This document shows positions 1-13,395 of a DNA stretch of 64,000 bases, in pieces. Origin of the DNA: Adineta vaga (lineage: Eukaryota; Animalia; Rotifera); assembly GCA_021613535.1 (NCBI GenBank), contig CP075494.1, positions 12,276,001-12,340,000 of the forward strand, in the 5' to 3' direction. A program made the translations under genes and the position numbers. The notes below the pieces were generated by a model. It searched no databases, had not been told where the DNA came from, and saw only the letters and a program-made list of their open reading frames with translations. Positions within the stretch are counted from its first letter, which is position 1. Every line of letters begins with the position of its first letter.

Positions 1-3000
1 ATGAATCGTAGTTAAATCATATGTTTTTGAATTCAAACGTGACTAAAAAAATATCATCAATTTAGAATATATGAACTGATCTACATTTATCCGATCTCAT
101 AGGCAGTAAAACAATTTTGTTCATAGATTGAACATGCATTGTCTTTTATAGGACTTCTCGTAATACTTTTATTAATCAATTCATATTTCAATGGTTTACC
201 TGTGCTAATCGTAATTCTTCTTCTTTTGAATGAAGTGTTTGTGACAATTTTTCATTTTGTTCTTCTAAAGCAATAATTTTTCTAAAAAAAACAATATCAA
301 AAACAGAAATGAACTCTTTTTTTTGCCATTTTTACCGTTGAAGAGTTCGAGTATCACCGTCAAATGAAAATCGGTCATCTTTTGTTCGATTATTAAACGA
401 AGTTATTTGTCCATCGGAAGGCTTCTCTAATTCGTGAACACGTTTTTGAAGTTTACCATTTTTTAATTCAATTTGTTTCAATAATTCAGGTAATGGTTCA
501 AGTTCTTCAATACGTTTTTGTAAACGTGCACGTGTTCTTTCTAATTCAAGTTCAGATAAATGATTTTTACTATTATTTGCCGATGTTTTTAATACTTCAG
601 TATGTAATTGTGCTTTATAGTCATTTGCTAAACGTTCTGCTTGTTCAAGTCTAGCACGTAATTGTAGCACTTCAGAATTTGTTTCATTATCTGTTTGTTC
701 ATTTTTATTCTCATATAATTTTCTATTTAATACACCGATTTGATGATCACGATCATTTAAATCTGCTTGTAATGTTTCAATTGTTATTGCTTTGTTTTCA
801 GTTGGAATAATTGATAAAATAGAACATGATGGAGTTGAGTGCATAGGAGAATGTTTTCTTGATCGACGAATGCTGTTACCTTGATGACGATTAAGTTGAA
901 AATCACGTTCTAATGTCTAAAAATAATCATTTTAAACAAATAAGAAAAGTCTGTTTGTTCTTTATTGTCGGCTATCAATGATTCGGAAGGAAATGCAGGA
1001 TTTTAAGCGCAATAGAGTCTATAATATAAGCGGATTCTCTTAGATGCATTGTCGAGTATATCTATTCTAACTACGATCATAATAAAATTTTAAGACTTTA
1101 AATGAAGACAGTCGTTATCAATTCTTAATTCTACTGAATAACTGACAGAGAAAGAATTAGTGTGACGGAAATAACTTCACGTAAAATTCGAAAGAAAGAT
1201 GTTGATTAAGGAAGTCATTCTATTCTTACCCGTAAGGCACATCGTAATCGATTTATTTCTCCTTCTCGTGCATATAATTCTCGTTGAAGGTGAGCACGAT
1301 TATGTTCTAACGATGTTTTCATCGTATCAAAACTAATAGCATGCGTTCGAATACGTTCTAATTCCGTTTGTAAAGCAATATTATCATTTTCACGATTTAA
1401 TAATAAACGTCTGATTTGTTCATTTTCATTTTCTAATTCATGTATATGTATTTTTAATGTATCACATTGATTATTTATCATTCCATCTTCAGCTTCAAGA
1501 TGATATTGATGACGAAGAAATTCTTTTAGTTTACCATTTGAACGTTCGAATTGTTCAATTAAATGTAAAAGTTCATTTCGATGTTGATAAAGTTGATCAA
1601 CTTCAAACGATAATGGATGGTTGTCCTAAAGGTATATATATATATACATTTATGTACAAAAGAAATTATTTGTTCCTTTGTTTTCTTTTTCAAGAACATA
1701 TAAATGAATTTGAAGATTTGAATAGGAGAGTTTTTCATTATGCTAGTGTAGATGAGAAGAGTAACTTTTTCAACGTATGAAGATTTATTTATCGTTTCTA
1801 GGAGATATTCAGAGTCAAATGAATTCAAAATTGTTTCGTTTCTGTATCGAATTATTTATAGATTAGTTTGTTTCGATGATTTACCATCGGAAATGCTGTC
1901 TCCGAGGAAGGATGTAGTTCATGATATCTTACGGTTCGATAGATTGTAAGAATTGAAACTAGAATTATAGGATTTAAATGAGAAAATACTAGATACATAC
2001 GAATTTCAATTTTGTTAGAAGATCTCTGACTGAAGATAATTGTTTTGTAATTTGCGCAATGTCTGCTTCAGATTCTGCTAATGATATTAATAATCGTTCC
2101 CGATCTGGATTGAGATGAATCGGTCCTCTGATTGGTGTTGTACTACGTGCTCGTCGTCTAAATGTATAAATTCAGATAGAAATAGGTATGTTAGAAAGAA
2201 AAAAAAACAATGGAGTACAAACTTTGGAGTAATTGGATCATCAGTAAAAGAAACTTTCGTTTTTATATTTCGTTTTTGACGTTGTTCATCTGCACTAGAT
2301 GAACGATATTTAGTACGTATCGGTGATAATGATCTTGAACGAGGAAGTTTTGGTGTTTGTTTAGGTACCCGTTGAGTATAATTTTGTTCTAATTGTTCTA
2401 ATTCATAAAGAGATGAATCAATATCGGAACGAAGTTGATTCGTTTGATCTTGACTACCATGATTACGGATCTATTTGAAGAAGAAAAAAAAGGAAGACTA
2501 TAGAATACAATAGAGATCAATCATTTATTTATTTACGCGTTCTTTAAGCATACTAATCCCATCAATGAGTCCTTGAATACGTTTTTCATAGAGTTGAATT
2601 TCTCCCATTAATTTTTCATTTTCATATGTTGAGAGAGTATTAGTTTGAGAATTATTGGTAGTATTTAGTTTGTCAGAGTTGAGATTTTTATATTCTCGAT
2701 TACCATCATCATCATCATCAATGATAAATTCAGTGACTGGATTGATTTCCAAACGAGATTCTGGACTCTATTCGAAATAGAACAAAAGCAATAGTTTGAA
2801 AAACAGAAAAGAGAGAGAGATCTAATTTATTATAAACCTGCCAAGAAACTTTTTGTCCTTTAGTTGAACGACCTGGTGGTGGAACCCTAAATTAAATAGT
2901 ATTAGATAATATTGAAAAATTTCTTATCAATTGCTCTTACCAAGGTCCTCGATTCGGTGATGAATTCGGGGAACGAGTTGGTAAGACTAATCTAGGTGTA

Positions 3001-3197
3001 ACAACTTGTTTAGGAATTTTAGGTGTTGGAGATGATGATATATTCGTTTTTTTAGTTTTCGTTTTAGACACAACTTGTGTACGCATACGAGGTGTTGTTC
3101 GATTTACAAGAGTTGAGTTTTTTGTCGTTTTTTTCATATTTTTTCCATCACGCCATTCATTTTCTACATGAATATCAACAGGATTAATGGCTTGCAT
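1..3197 (-). CDS. ODF2: ODF2/cenexin-like coiled-coil centriolar/flagellar protein (multi-exon; 3' end runs off the window)
   Basis: Spliced reading MQAINPVDIHVENEW...RGPW|VPPPGRSTKGQKVSWQ|SPESRLEINP...YEKRIQGLIDGISMLK resembles the ODF2 N-terminus (PW.PPG.S...W..P...LEI.P...Y.K.I..L......LK). It is followed by long coiled-coil exons (1215-1481, 332-917; LEPLPELLK) and short GT-AG introns. Confidence 0.75.
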
Positions 3198-5968
3198 CTA
3201 TAAGAAATCAAAATCAATCGCATGCAAACGTGTGAAGATTAACACAAGCTGATTATCGATTATAATAGATCTTTTCTTTTATTTAAATAGAAACCATACT
3301 GAAGTTGTTAGCAATCATAAACTAAGTTATATCCTCTGTAATGAATAGACTAGCGACATTCTATGAAATTGACATTCAGTGACATCTGAATTTGTTCTTG
3401 AGCACTTACTTCTCACTACTACACAGTTCAATTATGTGAACCCCTGAGACATACTTTATTTCGTAGGTGTAATAATTTAGTTTGAGAAGAAAATTGAATC
3501 TATTATGAATTGTTGTAGGTGTCTTTTTTCATTATGTATACGAAAACATTGAAAGAGAACATTGCAATTTAATAAAGAATGTCACGATATATATATGAGT
3601 TAGAATAATTTTTTTGGTTCCAAAAATCTCATTACAGGTAATGACCTGCTGTTTCAAAAAGTAAGAAGTCCTTCTTAGTTTTATGCCATTAATATAAGTA
3701 AAGGAAGGAGTTACGTCTGTTGGGTCAGTTTCTATCTAATTGACTCATTGCGTTGTAGTTAAAAATGTAATTGACTTCCTATAATAAATGACGATCAATA
3801 TTGAATTTGGTTTTATTTATGTCAGTAAAATAAAATAAAAAAAGCCTTTGCTTATTTTTATCGTAGAATGACGTCAGTGTAATAACTATTTTGAGATATC
3901 TATATTTTAAAGGAAATAGTTTTATAATTTCAATACGTTCTCACTATATTCTGTATCTATTAAATATCCTGTAAATGTGTTTATTATATATATAAAACTA
4001 TGACGCATTCATATCCGACAAAGCGTGTAATATGAAATGAATTCTAGATCCATTTTTCATTACAATGTACTTTGAAAATCACGTCACACTTTTTGTTTCT
4101 TAACTGAAAGGACTCAAATCTAATTTTTCTTCAAGTATCTTCAAATGTGTCTGTTGAAATCGTTTACCGATGATCGAGGTAGGTAATGCATGCACTTAAT
4201 GACAATTTTATTTATGGTTTTGGAATACAAATTGGCAGGTTCAGTTGAATAGTTGATGTAGAAAATATGTATGATATGACTTCCTAGATTAAATTACACT
4301 AAAATTAGATTTTGTAAATACAGCTTGAGAAAAGGGTTGTTTTGTTGATTAAGAATCTCTACTTATTAGCGTAGGCAGTAAGAAGAGCACAAAATCATAA
4401 AAAGTTTCATTTATTTTTCTGTTATTTATATCAGTTCTACGGTTTATTTTTTAACAATTAGATCGACTATGTATGTTAATGACGAAACTTCAATGAATTA
4501 TTTCTTTTTTTATTGACCTTCGAACACAATTTGTTAACAGATGTACATAATAAATAATTTCTTATCTAAACTATACTATTTCTTTTTTTTTTTAAAGTGT
4601 ATACAGATCAACATAGTATCATTGTGATATATGTCAATAGTTCTATTTATATATAGTTCCGAAACAGACTGATGTTTTATCATCTGATAATTATAAAATG
4701 AGAAATAATAGAAAGAAAAATAAGACAGGTCTGTTATTAGGATATATGAACATAATTTCCTTTTCTCTAATCTCTAAAAGAAAATTCTTACCGATAAGAT
4801 GAGAGTTGTTTTCTTTATATTTAATAATCTGAATATCAACCGTTCTAGCGAAGAACTATTATAGTGGTTAGTTAAACCATAATTATATAATGGATAAGTT
4901 ATATTTATTGATAATCGATCCACTTTATTAGAAATAGATAGAATTGTTAGAAGTAATTTAGATAATAAAAAGGCTCCTCTATGAACATGTAACTGCTGGT
5001 CCTGTATTGTAATACAAGATTTGTGATAATGACAAAAGTAGATCAATACTCTTTTTTTTTCAATCCGATTTGTAAAATCCGAAAAAACAATTACTCTCAT
5101 TCTGAACAAATTAACATCGTTTGTAACCAATAATAATTTGAAGAAATTCTCTCAGTACCCGCACGATTTGAGTAAGTCATTATATTATTTTCTCTTATTT
5201 TTAAAGTGGAAACTTGACAGATACCATTGCCTGTATAATTATCACTTCACTTCATAAAATCTTTCATAATAGACGATGATTACAATAGTTATGCGTAGAT
5301 CTTTATTAAGTTGCAAGGAAAAGGTCAATAGGATTTTAAAAGATGGTGTAATTTATTAAAAGAAAAAAAAGTCATAATTGATCATGAGATTTTCTTTATA
5401 TTTTCATATACGAATACTTTTTAACCCATGACATTGCTCATATTATACATAGTAATTTTAAAAAATGAAATCGAAGAAAAAGATTTGATGCATGAAAAAT
5501 AAAGAAAAAAAATAGTGACTAAGAGATAATGATAATAGTTATTAGTCTTATTTCCGCAACGTTGCTTCCTTATTTTGATGTATCCTGCTGACAGTTTGAA
5601 CTGACTAGGCAGAAGAAAAAAATGATACGGAAATGCTCTAAACTAATTCTTTTGGAAAAAAAACAGAGATCTTCGATGTAAAATTAATTCAAATTCGCTT
5701 GAATAAATATTAACACAAACATCTATGATTTATAGTGATAATTCTATAGCGGCAGTTCGATTCATTTATTCAGTGACATAAAACTTCAGAATATTGTTTT
5801 TTTTTCTTTAGAAAATGCGATGTAAGAAAATTGAGAAAAACATTTCTTTTCATTATTTAAAATAACTTGCAAACTTGCAATAGTGAATGTGTTTTTCTTG
5901 CGAGACAATTGCTATTTGAAAAGAAAACGATAACTACAAAATGGCTAGCTTAATTGACATTGTTTCTT

Positions 5969-5994
5969 TGTGTGTGTGTGTGTGTGTGTGTGTG
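5969..5994. repeat. (TG)13 microsatellite
   Basis: Perfect TG run seen directly, upstream of the GPCR gene. Confidence 0.95.
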
Positions 5995-6425
5995 TCTGTG
6001 CGACGTTTTTCTTTTCCTTCTCTGGATATGAAAAGATTCTATCATGCATAAGAACTCTAATAGGATATTTTATATGGCAAGTGGATAGCTACCCATCAGT
6101 GAACTTTATTACACACAAGAATGATCTACTACCATTTATCATGATTCAGTTGATTGCTCTTTTGTCTATATCAAATAAATACTATCCTCATAGATGATAA
6201 GCAAAAGAAAAATATATATATATAAAAGAGAGAGGAAAGGGAAAAAAGAAAAGACGAACGCAGAATCAAGAAAAAAGAATCCTAGTGAGAATCAATCTCA
6301 TTTGTATATGAATTGAAGCAAGTCATTCATAACATCTGTTGAATCTATTGTAACGATTCATAATAAAATAAATGAAAACTTGTTGTTCTAGATCATAAAT
6401 TTTTTCTTATTTTTCTTCGTAAATA

Positions 6426-8905
6426 ATGACAACATATGAAAATACGATTCATGATCAAATGACAACGTCGACATCATTATCATTACAACAACTTTATAAT
6501 CGATATGCTACAACTTATCTTTCATTTCGTGATTTACATACATATGAAATTATTATTTTACTTATCTATGGCATAATGATCATATTTTCCTTTTGTACAA
6601 ATTTTATTGCTATTATTATTTTTTTCTTTGGTCGTCGTTCTCGTACCGAATTAACTCCGTTTCTACTAAATTTATCAATATTTAATATTATTATGACTGT
6701 CTATTGTATTCCGTTTACAATTACATCAGTTATATTTCAACGTTGGTTATTTGCAAGTGCATTATGTAATGTTTTAGATAGTTTTAAAACATTTTCTGTA
6801 TCCGGTGTTCTTCTAACATTAATAACAATAGCTATTGATCGATATTGTGTTGTAAAATATCCATTAGCAATTAAAATGTATTCGCCAAAACGACGAAATC
6901 TAGTTGCGATACTAATTATTTGGATTTTAAGTATATTATTAGCTATGGTATGGTCTCCAGCCCGTTCATCGCCTACACAAGAAAAGCGTTTATGGGTTAA
7001 TTCACGCACTGTATTAGATAATTATATGACAGCAGTTGACAATTCTACAGATACACCAAAATCAACTTATTATTTATCACAAATAAAATATGATCTTATA
7101 GATACTTTACAATGTTTACCAAATAAAATAGCACGACCTATTGAAGTTCAACGAGCAATATTAAATTCACTTCAAACATATTTTTTTCCCTTATTCATAC
7201 TTGCTTTTGTTTATTTACGTATTGCCGTTATCTTATGGCAACGAAGAAATGATGTCAGTTATGATTTGAGTAATGGAGCAACAAAAAATTTATTTACGAA
7301 TGAAAACATTCAATTTAAGAAGAAATTAAAACAAGTATGTCATTTTCTTTTCTATGAGAAGTACTATAGGGTAGAGATGAAGATGTTTCATGGCATTATT
7401 GAACATCTCTTCTTTGATTTTTAAGTAGAGCAATTACACAAAGGAAAATTTTGAAGAAGAAAAAGTTGTTTTATATGATTTTAAAATTTCTTTTATCAAT
7501 TCATAAATATATTTAGAGATTTAATAAGATAATAGATGCTTTTAGAAAAGATTTTCTTGTCTATTTAATTTAAGTAGTATCCGTGTCTCAGTAATACACA
7601 GATGATTGCATTTTTTACCTATTATATCGGGCAATCAAGAATCTTCGTAAATGGTGGATATATAGGATCAATAAATGCTTTGACATAACTATCTTTTCTT
7701 ATTCATATCATCATTATCGTCATTGCAATTTTTCAATTTTCCACTAGTCATTATTTGAATGAAAACTACGTTTATATATGAGTTAAGTTAGCATTACTTC
7801 TGGATAGAATTTCTTCATATTTATTAAAGTACTCGTTTTGAACTTCTCTGTACTTGTTTGAATAGTTCTAGACAAATAAAAATGAACTATAATAGATCAC
7901 TTTACTTGTAAAAGACCGCTGGCATTTTGTTTTTCCAAGTGTTTATTCAACTGGATGGTAGTAATGACTGTAGATGAGTTTAATTGTTTCTGTATTAAAT
8001 AATAATAATAATATATCTGATTTCTCATTTGAAACGTTGAATCATTAAAAGATATGCAGGCGATCTCATCTGTTTTTTTCCTGAAATTATAAAAGGAATA
8101 TATAGTGTGTGGTTTCAGATATTAAAGTCATTATCAATTCAAACAGATCATGACATCAGACCCGACAGAATTCAGAAAATAATTTACTAATGAGTTTTTT
8201 TTTCTTTTGTGTATCTGAATAAAATATTTGTTAATCTGATGGAGATTATTCAAAAGCGACCCATCAAAATTGATGTCTTGATATTGAATATATAGTAGAA
8301 AAAACGAGGAGATTTTCTTTCTTTCTAGGGAATCAAAATGTTGATTGCTGTTGTCCTACTTTATGCTATTCTCTGGTTACCAATGAATGTTTTTCAATTA
8401 TGTCTAAATCTCTTATGTTTTACAGGAACAAAATATCAAAAATTTTGTGCACATCCAACATTAATTAAACTTCTTTATATAGCAGCTCATTTTCTAACCG
8501 TATCAAATACAGCTCTTAATCCAATTATCTATGGATTTACGAATAATCGATTTCGAGTGAATCCTTTTTTTTTAATCTTCATTAATTTTTCAATTTAAAG
8601 ATATTTTCATTATTTATTAGAGTGATATTCGACAGTTACGTCGTCGTTTAATTCATTGTCAAGGACGTTCACCATCCCATTACCAATCACAACCAATACG
8701 AAATCTAAAAGGTCTGGAAGATCGTTTATATAAAAAGAAAGGAATTCCAAACAACAGTGGATCGAACACTCAACGAATCCTTACACAACAAACATCTCGG
8801 CGGCCTTTATCTTTAACTGATCAAAATAAAGTTCCTCGAACAATTTATACAAATAGTTTACCGAGTAAAGATATCATGCTCACTAAAACTCGTCATACAA
8901 CTTAA
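6426..8905 (+). CDS. Class A (rhodopsin-like) GPCR, neuropeptide-receptor-like
   Basis: Exons 6426-7334, 8329-8556 and 8621-8905 join in frame. Seven hydrophobic segments; DRY (IAIDRYC), TM6 LWLP, TM7 NPIIY; TM3 and ECL2 cysteines. Confidence 0.9.
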
Positions 8906-9183
8906 CTAGAATCGAACAATTTGCTTATGTATGTTGTAACAGTATTGTTTCTTCGTCTTCTTCTTCTTCTTCTTCTTCGCTCGTTATTATTGACGTCAAT
9001 ATTAGAAAAAAAAAATGTTGACTAATAATAGCACACCTGTTGTATCATCATTACGTCGCACTCTTTATTTTTGTTATGCTTGACTGAAACAAAAAAATGA
9101 CATATTATTTCGCACTATTCAAATGCAATATCATTCATTTTACAAAACTTCTGAAGACAGGGAGCATTGATTAAGTTTACAGG

Positions 9184-9441
9184 ATGAATTATCCAACAGG
9201 CATGAGCGCTGGTACTGGTATGCATTACAACAAGGTCGCTTCTCAAATGCAAAACTATTTACATAGTTCATCACGTCGAAGCCAATATGCTGCTCCAGCA
9301 TACGGACAATATTTTCCTCAAGGAGAAGCAATAGCTTCACATCTCATTCAATACGGTGCACAAAGAATGGGCGTTCCTCCAATGGTTGCCAATGAAATTA
9401 GCGGCATGGCATTTGGCTTAATGCGCAACGTTCTGTCATAA
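9184..9441 (+). CDS. Small single-exon orphan protein (85 aa; M/G/A/Q/Y/S-rich)
   Basis: ATG-to-TAA ORF visibly more GC-rich than its flanks. Acceptor-like tttacag lies 1 nt before the ATG; AATAAA at 9524-9529. Confidence 0.6.
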   Translation: MNYPTGMSAGTGMHYNKVASQMQNYLHSSSRRSQYAAPAYGQYFPQGEAIASHLIQYGAQRMGVPPMVANEISGMAFGLMRNVLS

Positions 9442-9898
9442 ATGTACAGAGCAAGCGTGTACTTGAAAGTGACATTCATTTTTCTAAACAAATCTTTGCT
9501 AAAAACATTTCTCTATTCATTAAAATAAATATCAAAGTTCATTAAGTGCAGAAGAGTATCTGGTTTTGTCAAGGACGTACTTAGAATATAAATCGATAGA
9601 TAATCCAATCATTAAAGACAATAATGATAGACTAGTAGATGACACTTTAGAAATGTGAATAACGTGACAAGGAAATAAGTCGACGTTTTTGTAGAAACAT
9701 CAAGAAAATTGAATTTTCTTTCTGTATGATGTCGTGACAAATCGTAATGTCTATTTCAATCCTAACTCTTTTCATCAAGGAAAGAAAAGATTGTATTCTT
9801 CCTCACAATGTTCTAAAACAAAATTGTATTCAATTTGAAAATGAAAGTTTATTGTAAAAACTGATTTGTTTTTCTTCTTCAATAGATAACAAATAAAA

Positions 9899-10921
9899 CT
9901 AAGTATTCGATTTGAGGTGTTTCTCTTCATCTGCTAGCATATCGACGAGAGGATGCTCAAGAACTTTGTCAATCAAACCGAGACGTTTCGCACTTTCAGC
10001 ATCGAAAAATCGATCGCGTTCAAGTAATTTTTCTAAAGCAAACAATTTCGATAAATATTGCTCAATTTACATATTTTATTTACCAATTTCTTCCGATGAT
10101 TGACCTGTATGTTTGACATACAGTTTATTTACGAGACGTTTTAATTTCAATATTTCTTCTGCATGAATCATAATATCTGTTGCTTGACCCTTTCAAATGA
10201 CAAGAAAAAAGAGATAATGAGAAGATATTTTTCTTGATTTATAGTACCTGTACACCACCGGAAGGTTGATGAATCATAATTCTCCTAGCAGATAATTGAA
10301 AAATTATACTTTGTCTTCTAGATGAACTTGCATTACTCACGAGTTCGGTAATGAATGACGTAGACCATGTGTACCAGACGTTAATAAAAGTGATGCCTGT
10401 AAAATTAAAAACATCATTTCTTTCTTGTTTTATTACTTAGTTTCTATTACCATTGAACATGCTTGACCTACGCACCATGTTGCAATTGGAGGAGTGATAT
10501 ACTAAGACAAGAAAAGTCGAATTTCGAGACAAATATTAGATGATTCACGACATACTTGCATTGTATCATAAATTCCGAGACCCGCAGTAACAACCCCACC
10601 TAATCGACATGAAAATCAAAGATAAACAAAACAAACATGATATTTGATGAACTAACCAGGACTGTTAATATACATATGAACAGGTTTTCTTGAACTTTCA
10701 GATTGAAGAAAAAGAAGTTGTGCAATAACTAAACTTGATAGTTCATCATTTATTGGACCCATAACACAAATAATTCGTTCTTTAAGTAAACGAGAATATA
10801 TATCATAAGCTCGTTCACCCCGTCCAGTTTGTTCGACAACCATTGGTATCAATGGATACAAATATTTCGATGAAAGATGTAATCTGCTTGATCGTTGTGT
10901 AAGACATTGAACTGTCGGTGT
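9899..10921 (-). CDS. CLPP: Mitochondrial ATP-dependent Clp protease proteolytic subunit (5' end unresolved)
   Basis: [35 protein letters not shown]|G, GQACSM (Ser), IMIHQPSGG (His), RDRFF (Asp), [10 protein letters not shown]; stop at 9899-9901. An R/S-rich transit-like peptide precedes PLIP, but the initiating exon was not identified. Confidence 0.95.
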
Positions 10922-11564
10922 CTTTTAATATAAATAAAAGATTTCTTTCTGACTTTATGATATGATTGACAAATATTCAAAACTAATTAGTCATCCTCTT
11001 TCAGGCGTATATGATTTTCTCTCTTCCTATATATGATTCTTATATTTCGATATCATGATTTGATTTTAACGAAGCATATGGCAAATAATATGTTCGATAT
11101 AAAAACAAACGACCATCTGTCACATATGATTTTCTATTTAATAACCATAGAATAAATCTAAAGGCCATGTAATTTACAAGAACATAACATGCACAATTTG
11201 CCTCTTTGTATCCGAACACAAAAAATTAGCAATTTTGTTTTCTCCAATATTGAGCTTATTAGCCAATCCTAATGTAAACAACACAAACAACTTGTTGTAT
11301 TCGTTATTTGCTATCAATATAGGAACAAACATATAATAATTTTCAGAAATATGACACTGATTTTATTATTATCATGTATCAATCGTTTAGACTTCCTAAT
11401 ATAACTATTCCTACAATCCTAAGTAATTATACTCGTTACATCTTGAGATCAAATGAGAAAATATTTGTAAATAAATAAACTGAAACTACATACCAATAGA
11501 TATCGTGTAAAAATCGATTGCATTTAGTAAATCTAGAATACAAAAAAAATATTTCATATAAAAT

Positions 11565-12284
11565 TTATTTGATCCATTTCTCTTTAATATAATCTTCAAT
11601 TTCTTTTCCATTTTGCCATTCAAAAAAATCTGCTTCAAGTTTATGTTTTCCTAATTCTTCTTGTTGTTTTAATTCTTTTGCCATTCGATAGCCACTCCTC
11701 GCACAAACAAGATCACCTTTTTTCAAACCATTTGCTGCACATACATCATTATGTCCATCACCAATATATAAGATGGGAATTGGTTCAGAAAATTTTGTTC
11801 GCATATATTTTTCTATAATTTCTCTTTTACACATATTCGATGGACATGTTGAACATGTTTGTTGACCATATTGTTCAATCATTAAACATTGTTCATCTTT
11901 ATTAAAATAAGCAGGATTAGTAAAAATATCTTTGAACATATGATCAAGTTGATTATGTTTTAAGATAGCTTCGATAAAAACAAGATTTGAATCACTAATA
12001 ATAATCAAATGACTATTGGATATTGAATATAAATACTTGATTAAATGAGAAAAATCAGTTGTCAAAGGAATTTCTTGCATATTTTGAATATAATCATCTT
12101 CGGTAATATTGAATCGTTGTAATTGACGAAATTTATCTTGCATATAATCTGTCCAACAATCAAATTGTGAACGATTTTTATCAGCATTCAATCGATCTTC
12201 TTCGGATGGAAATAATTTATTAACATGAACATCAGAATTATCATCGACAATCGTATGATCAAAATCAAATACGACTAAAAACAT
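11565..12284 (-). CDS. PHOSPHO2: PHOSPHO1/PHOSPHO2-family HAD phosphatase (pyridoxal phosphate / phosphoethanolamine / phosphocholine)
   Basis: Intronless 239 aa. HAD motifs VFDFDHTI, ISDSN, CPSNMCK and YIGDGHND. Confidence 0.88.
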   Translation of the reverse strand: MFLVVFDFDHTIVDDNSDVHVNKLFPSEEDRLNADKNRSQFDCWTDYMQDKFRQLQRFNITEDDYIQNMQEIPLTTDFSHLIKYLYSISNSHLIIISDSNLVFIEAILKHNQLDHMFKDIFTNPAYFNKDEQCLMIEQYGQQTCSTCPSNMCKREIIEKYMRTKFSEPIPILYIGDGHNDVCAANGLKKGDLVCARSGYRMAKELKQQEELGKHKLEADFFEWQNGKEIEDYIKEKWIK

Positions 12285-12454
12285 TGTTTTCTCTAGAAGA
12301 TAAAAATTGGCGGCAAATTGAAATGAAAATTCACAATTGTGTGATATTCACAAGATTAAATAAAGAAATGATTTCAAAATAATATCATCTAGAAGAAAAT
12401 AGATAAATATACTTCATTCAATGAACAACATAAGAAAAGATAAGAATTCAACGA

Positions 12455-13395
12455 CTATATAAGAACATTTCCATCCATCGATGTAAAAAGTTTCCAAATT
12501 TTTTCGGACATTTGTGGTCCAATTTTTCTTGTTGTTGTTAAAACTCCTGCTCCACGTCGAACTTGAATATCAGCTAGTAATAATTTTGCATCATTTTCAG
12601 TTGCACATTGTTTATAAGCTTGAACTAAATTTTGAATTGTTCCATATTGATTCACGATCACTTGTGCTTGTTCAATACCCATATGTGGAAATTGTTGAAG
12701 AATTTGTTTCCATAAAGATTCAAGTGTTTTATTTCCTTGATCAATATCGACACGAATTGGTTTATACTGTTTCAATGTATCAACATGAAATGTAAATGGT
12801 GATAGATTTTTTAAACGTTTTTCTGGAGCAACAGTAACTGCTTTTGTAAAGGAAAAAATTAATGATGCAAGATCATGATCATTTTCGGCATATTTGACAA
12901 TACAATTGAATTGAAATTGTAAATCAAGATATATATGATCTAGATCAGTTGATTTAATAGTTGATGATCGAGTTAATGATTTGCTAAGACTTAAAGAAGA
13001 ATTGACACCAATAATAACAATAGTAATTGACTTTTTAGAATTGTATTTATTGTTAATAGTTTGAAATAGATCGGACATATTGTTTTTATTAATATTACAA
13101 ACTGATACGAATTGAAAGAATTGATCGATAGTCATTAATAGTAATAATTGACTGACGAATTCTTCATCAATATTATTTGCTACATTTGAAATCGACCTGA
13201 AAGAAATATTCATTACGATTGTGAAGAAATCGATGTTAATGAATAGACGAACCAAGTTATAGTATTTGGTACTGGCATACTTTCAATAAGATATTTTGCT
13301 TTTTTATCATCGAATTCTTTGGTTAATGATTTACCCCATGGTTTATCGATGATATTCAAATCAATCCATGCTGTTACTTCATGTGCTTTACTCAT
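12455..13395 (-). CDS. EME1: Crossover junction endonuclease non-catalytic subunit EME1 (MUS81 partner), ~294 aa
   Basis: Exons 13395-13253 and 13196-12455 (56-nt intron). Degenerate ERCC4 domain, LWKQILQQFP HhH region, and the EME1-type C-terminus VRRGAGVLTTTRKIGPQMSEKIW. Confidence 0.85.

Noticed and set aside
1457-1949. Plus-strand ORFs over ODF2, and similar antisense or alternate-frame ORFs at 6737, 12514, 14064, 14439, 37562, 38469, 39552, 52080 and 60889
   Set aside because: Shadow ORFs overlapping well-supported genes; no motifs of their own.
3304-3316. gttgttagcaat as an RFX X-box upstream of the ciliary gene ODF2
   Set aside because: Only a partial match to the X-box consensus; cannot be distinguished from chance.
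3869-3876. CRE palindrome TGACGTCA (also at 8991-8998)
   Set aside because: An 8-mer is expected about once by chance in 64 kb; not evidence on its own.
4774-6197. ORFs 4774-5130 and 5970-6197
   Set aside because: Non-ATG starts, AT-rich intergenic composition, one generated by the TG microsatellite.
10843-11200. Non-AUG initiation of CLPP (no in-frame ATG before the transit-like peptide)
   Set aside because: Short upstream ATG-containing exons (e.g. near 11190 or 11077) could be cis-spliced in; unresolved without RNA data.
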